A stretch of 64,000 bases of DNA from Candidatus Margulisiibacteriota bacterium (GTDB lineage: Bacteria > Margulisbacteria > WOR-1 > O2-12-FULL-45-9 > XYB2-FULL-48-7). The notes under the pieces were generated by a model. The model saw nothing but the letters and a program-made list of their open reading frames with translations, was not told the DNA's origin and did no database searches. Where the stretch lies: assembly GCA_041661965.1 (NCBI GenBank), contig JBAZTH010000001.1, positions 291,221-355,220 of the forward strand, written 5' to 3'. Made by a program: the position numbers and the translations under genes. Each line of letters begins with the position of its first letter. Within the stretch, counting starts at the first letter, position 1. Shown here piece by piece: positions 60,545-64,000 of the stretch.

Positions 60545-60882
60545 TGGTTAACGTAAAAGCAAAATCAAAATGGGTGCGCAGTTCCCCCCGCAAGATCATG
60601 CGGGTGATGAATGAAGTTCGCGGCAAGTCGGTGGCCGAAGCGTTGGCTCTCCTCAAGTTCATGCCGCAGAAAGCGGCCCGGATCATTGAGAAGACCATGA
60701 AGTCGGCGATCGCTAACGCCACGAATAACTATAAATTGAACGAAGCGAAGTTGGTGCTCGGAGAAGTGTTCGTGACCAAAGGCTTCGTGATGAAGCGGTT
60801 CCAACCGCGCGCTCGGGGCCGGGCTTTTCCGATCAAGAAACGCACCAGCCACGTGACAGTATCAGTACAGGAGGCAAAGTAA
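60544..60882 (+). CDS. rplV: 50S ribosomal protein L22
   Basis: S10 operon order; L22 family sequence. Confidence 0.88.
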   Translation: MVNVKAKSKWVRSSPRKIMRVMNEVRGKSVAEALALLKFMPQKAARIIEKTMKSAIANATNNYKLNEAKLVLGEVFVTKGFVMKRFQPRARGRAFPIKKRTSHVTVSVQEAK

Positions 60883-61559
60883 TGGGTCAAAAGGTCCACC
60901 CAAAAGGTTTAAGGCTCGGAATTATTGAAGAATGGGATAGTTATTGGTATGCCGACGACCAGAACTTCAAGAAATTATTGCAAGAAGACGTGGAGCTGCG
61001 CAGTTATCTGAAGAACACGCTTTATAAAGCGGGGGTTTCCAGGATCAAGATCAGCCGTAAAGCGAATCAGATCGAAGTTGATCTTAATACTGCCAAGCCT
61101 GGTTTGATCATCGGTAAAGGCGGCAAAGAGGTCGCGGCCCTGCGCGAACAGTTGATCAAGAAACTTGGCAAGACGGTCCAGCTCAATATTCATGAAGAAC
61201 CGAATCCTGATTCCTGCGCCATTCTGATGGCGGAGAATATCGCCCAACAGTTAGAGAAGCGCATTTCTTTCCGCCGGGCGATGAAGCAAGGTGTTTCCCG
61301 CTCCCTGCGCGCCGGCTCCAAAGGGATCAAGATCATGTGCGGCGGCCGCTTGGACGGCGCCGAAATCGCCCGCAGCGAATGGTACCGGAGCGGCCGGGTG
61401 CCGCTGCAGACCTTGCGCGCCAGGATCGATTATGGCTTTGCCGAAGCGATGACCCTTTACGGGAAGATCGGCATAAAAGTTTGGATCTACAAGGGCGAAG
61501 TCTTGCCTGAAGTAAAGGAGACGAAGAGTGGCACTAATACCATCGAAAACAAAGTTTAG
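60882..61559 (+). CDS. rpsC: 30S ribosomal protein S3
   Basis: [13 protein letters not shown]; KH domain. Confidence 0.92.
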   Translation: MGQKVHPKGLRLGIIEEWDSYWYADDQNFKKLLQEDVELRSYLKNTLYKAGVSRIKISRKANQIEVDLNTAKPGLIIGKGGKEVAALREQLIKKLGKTVQLNIHEEPNPDSCAILMAENIAQQLEKRISFRRAMKQGVSRSLRAGSKGIKIMCGGRLDGAEIARSEWYRSGRVPLQTLRARIDYGFAEAMTLYGKIGIKVWIYKGEVLPEVKETKSGTNTIENKV

Positions 61560-61938
61560 GAAGCACCAGCGCCGCCGGCTCAACGGCGAGGCTTCCCGGG
61601 GGAATACTCTCCACTTCGGTGAGTTTGGCTTGCAGTCGGAAGAATGCGTTTATCTGACGACCAATCAGATCGAATCGGCCAGAAAAGCGATGACCCATTT
61701 TTTTAAACGCGGCGGCAAGATCTGGCTCCGGGTCTGCGCCGACAAGGTCGTGACGGCGAAGCCGGCCGAGACCCGCATGGGGAGCGGTAAAGGGGCGCCG
61801 GCCAAGTTTGTCGTTCCGATTAAGCGCGGTCATATCATATTCGAGATCGCCGGCGTCAGCCTGGAAGACGCCCAGCGGGCTTTCGAACTGGCCAGTTATA
61901 AATTACCGATGGCGGTCCGGCTGGTGGTGAAACAATGA
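61528..61938 (+). CDS. rplP: 50S ribosomal protein L16 (GTG start overlapping the rpsC end; RBS AGGAG upstream)
   Basis: [16 protein letters not shown]…; operon position. Confidence 0.85.
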   Translation: MALIPSKTKFRKHQRRRLNGEASRGNTLHFGEFGLQSEECVYLTTNQIESARKAMTHFFKRGGKIWLRVCADKVVTAKPAETRMGSGKGAPAKFVVPIKRGHIIFEIAGVSLEDAQRAFELASYKLPMAVRLVVKQ

Positions 61939-62153
61939 AGATCAGCGAATTAAGAGAATTATCGGTCGGCGAATTAACTAAAAAAGCGTCGGAGCTTAGA
62001 AAAGAACTTTTTACGCTCCGGATCCAAAAATCCGGACAGCAGGTCAAGAACCCTCTGAAACAGCGGGAGCTGCGCCGGGGGATCGCCAGAGTTTTGACGA
62101 TCGTTAACGAAAAGGCGGCTAAAAAGCCGGTTCCTGCCAAGGAGGGCAAATAG
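61935..62153 (+). CDS. rpmC: 50S ribosomal protein L29
   Basis: 72 aa; [25 protein letters not shown]. Confidence 0.88.
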   Translation: MKISELRELSVGELTKKASELRKELFTLRIQKSGQQVKNPLKQRELRRGIARVLTIVNEKAAKKPVPAKEGK

Positions 62154-62413
62154 TGGAAAGAGGTAATCCAAAAGTCAGACAGGGTGTGGTAGTCAGCGAT
62201 AAGATGCAGAAAACCATCGTTGTTAGAGTCGAGAGGGTTTTTCGGCACCCGAAATATCATAAGGTGGTCCGGATGGCGAAGAAATTCAAAGCTCATGACG
62301 AGCAGAACCAGTACAAGATCGGGGACTTAGTCGAGATCATGGAGACGAAACCGATCTCGAAAGACAAACATTGGCGCGTAGTGAGGAGGGTTAACGTTGA
62401 TTCAGCCGCGTAG
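62153..62413 (+). CDS. rpsQ: 30S ribosomal protein S17 (GTG start)
   Basis: [17 protein letters not shown]. Confidence 0.88.
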   Translation: MERGNPKVRQGVVVSDKMQKTIVVRVERVFRHPKYHKVVRMAKKFKAHDEQNQYKIGDLVEIMETKPISKDKHWRVVRRVNVDSAA

Positions 62414-62765
62414 TATCTTAAAAGTTGCCGATAATAGTGGCGCTCGGACCCTGATGGTCATTCGCTGCCTCGGCGGGTCGAACCGCAAGTTTTCCGGGGT
62501 GGGCGATATGATCGTTGGCGTGGTCAAAGAAGTAATGCCGAACATGACCGTTAAAGACGGCGAAGTTGTTTTCGCGGTGGTTGTTCGGACCAAAAAGAAG
62601 CTCCGTCGGAGCGACGGTTCCTACGTTTGTTTCGACGATAACGCGGTCGTGATTGTCGCCAAAGACAAGAACCCGCGCGGGACCCGCGTTTTCGGGCCGA
62701 TTGCCCGGGAATTGCGCGAACAAGATTACATGAAGATTATTTCACTGGCCCCGGAAGTAGTGTAA
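62397..62765 (+). CDS. rplN: 50S ribosomal protein L14 (TTG start)
   Basis: [16 protein letters not shown]; RBS GAGGAGGG upstream. Confidence 0.9.
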   Translation: MIQPRSILKVADNSGARTLMVIRCLGGSNRKFSGVGDMIVGVVKEVMPNMTVKDGEVVFAVVVRTKKKLRRSDGSYVCFDDNAVVIVAKDKNPRGTRVFGPIARELREQDYMKIISLAPEVV

Positions 62766-62780
62766 AAGGTAGAAGGAAAA

Positions 62781-63104
62781 ATGGAAAATACAACAAGAAT
62801 TAAAAAAGGCGACACGGTGCTGATGCTTTCCGGCAAAAACAAAGGGAAGAAAGGGAAAGTTGTCAAAGTCAATCCGGAAAAAGGGACCTTGATCGCTGAA
62901 GGGATCAACGTTGCCAAGCGCCACCAGAAGCCGATGAACAAGATGCCGGGCGGTATTATTGACAAGGCCCTGCCGTTCCTGGCTTCGAAGGCGATCCTTG
63001 TTTGTCCGCGCTGCGGCAAGCCGACCCGCGTCGGCATTACAAAAGTCGAAGGAAAAAATCGGCGCACTTGCAAAAAGTGCAAAGAAATAATGGATAAGGT
63101 ATAA
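62781..63104 (+). CDS. rplX: 50S ribosomal protein L24 (variant with Cys4 zinc-ribbon motif in the C-terminal part)
   Basis: KOW motif IKKGDTVLMLSGKNKGKKGKV; C-terminal CPRCGKPTRVGITKVEGKNRRTCKKC. Confidence 0.88.
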   Translation: MENTTRIKKGDTVLMLSGKNKGKKGKVVKVNPEKGTLIAEGINVAKRHQKPMNKMPGGIIDKALPFLASKAILVCPRCGKPTRVGITKVEGKNRRTCKKCKEIMDKV

Positions 63105-63106
63105 CC

Positions 63107-63655
63107 ATGAAAGATCTACGACAGGATTATCATAAAATTATCGTCAAAAAGCTGCAGGATAAGCATAACTACAAGAACGCGATGTCGGTTCCGCGACTGG
63201 AAAAGCTGGTGATCAACCGGGGGGTCGGCGAGGCGAGGGAAAATCCCAAAGCGATCGAGGTTTCCGCGGCCGAACTGGCCGGCATTGTCGGGCAGAAGCC
63301 GCTGGTGATCAATAGTAAAAAAGCGATCGCCAACTTTAAGCTCAAAGGGAACACCCCGATCGGCTTGAAGGTCACCCTCCGCGGGAAGCGGATGTGGCAA
63401 TTCGTCAATAAATTGATCGGTATTTGTTTGCCGAAGATCCGCGACTTCAGAGGGGTCAATCCCAAGTCGTTCGATGGTCGGGGGAATTACTCCATGGGGA
63501 TCAAAGAACAGTTGATCTTCCCGGAAGTCGATTACAACAAGGTTGACGCGGTTAGAGGGATGGACATCACGTTCGTGACCTCGGCCCGGACCGACGCCGA
63601 AGCCAGAGATCTTTTGGAGGCGCTCGGCATCCCGTTCCGGACCCACGATGTATAA
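63107..63655 (+). CDS. rplE: 50S ribosomal protein L5
   Basis: L5 family sequence; spc operon order. Confidence 0.9.
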   Translation: MKDLRQDYHKIIVKKLQDKHNYKNAMSVPRLEKLVINRGVGEARENPKAIEVSAAELAGIVGQKPLVINSKKAIANFKLKGNTPIGLKVTLRGKRMWQFVNKLIGICLPKIRDFRGVNPKSFDGRGNYSMGIKEQLIFPEVDYNKVDAVRGMDITFVTSARTDAEARDLLEALGIPFRTHDV

Positions 63656-63664
63656 GAGGAGAAA

Positions 63665-63853
63665 ATGATGGCGAAAAAGTGTTGGTTGGAAAAATTAAAA
63701 CGTGAGCCGAAGTTTTCGACCCGGCTGGTCCACCGCTGTTTTGTCTGCGGCCGCCGGCGCGCTTATATTAGAAAATTCGGGCTTTGTCGTCTTTGCTTTC
63801 GGAAGATGGCGCACCAAGGTCAAATCCCAGGCGTGGTCAAATCCAGCTGGTAA
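63665..63853 (+). CDS. rpsN: 30S ribosomal protein S14, type Z (zinc-binding short form)
   Basis: 61–62 aa; [22 protein letters not shown]. Confidence 0.9.
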   Translation: MMAKKCWLEKLKREPKFSTRLVHRCFVCGRRRAYIRKFGLCRLCFRKMAHQGQIPGVVKSSW

Positions 63854-63871
63854 ATTTAAGGAGATAGAAGA

Positions 63872-64000
63872 ATGGATCCAATAGCAGATTTGTTGGTTAG
63901 AGTAAACAACGCGATCAAGGTCAGAAAGGATACGGTTGATATTCCTCATTCCAAAATGAAGGAAGGGATCCTCAAGATCCTGCTGGAAGAAGGGTTTATC
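63872..64000 (+). CDS. rpsH: 30S ribosomal protein S8 (3'-truncated at the window end)
   Basis: [37 protein letters not shown]…; ORF runs off the window. Confidence 0.85.
   Translation, partial: MDPIADLLVRVNNAIKVRKDTVDIPHSKMKEGILKILLEEGFI

Overview
This 64-kb window reads as a chromosomal segment from an uncultured diderm bacterium. Core genes run about 50–58 % GC. The 3' half (41.6–64.0 kb) is conserved housekeeping on the + strand: prs, hom, then the rpmG–tRNA-Trp–secE–nusG–rplKAJL–rpoBC–rpsL–rpsG–fusA cluster, running directly into the S10/spc ribosomal-protein operon (rpsJ … rpsH). The 5' half (about 1–38 kb) is accessory and mosaic. It contains a low-GC (~35 %) restriction-like island encoding an MmeI-like N6-adenine methyltransferase, an SF2 helicase and a T5orf172/GIY-YIG-like protein, with a DUF3800 gene next to it. 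It also contains a short, strongly A-depleted GC/T-rich islet with a minimal DprA-like gene, a two-component pair, and a 'recombinase-in-trio' (three tandem tyrosine recombinases). Further on is a 4,567-aa surface protein (lipase-like N-terminal domain, Ig/FlgD-Ig repeats, T9SS/FlgD-type C-terminal sorting domain) flanked by a PD40 lipoprotein and a PorV/FadL-like barrel. Then comes a large serine recombinase with a small HTH partner, bracketed by perfect ~149-bp inverted repeats that duplicate the 5' end of miaB. Last in this half are an Ig-like lipoprotein and an SLH–β-barrel (OmpM-like) protein. A conserved T/G-rich element of about 34–55 nt recurs five times, in each case immediately upstream of a small or secreted gene. 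The most novel candidates are the split 'Type ISP-like' methyltransferase/helicase/T5orf172 cassette, the inverted-repeat-bounded serine-recombinase module at miaB, and the repeated leader element. All calls come from reading the sequence and ORF translations by eye; no database searches were run.
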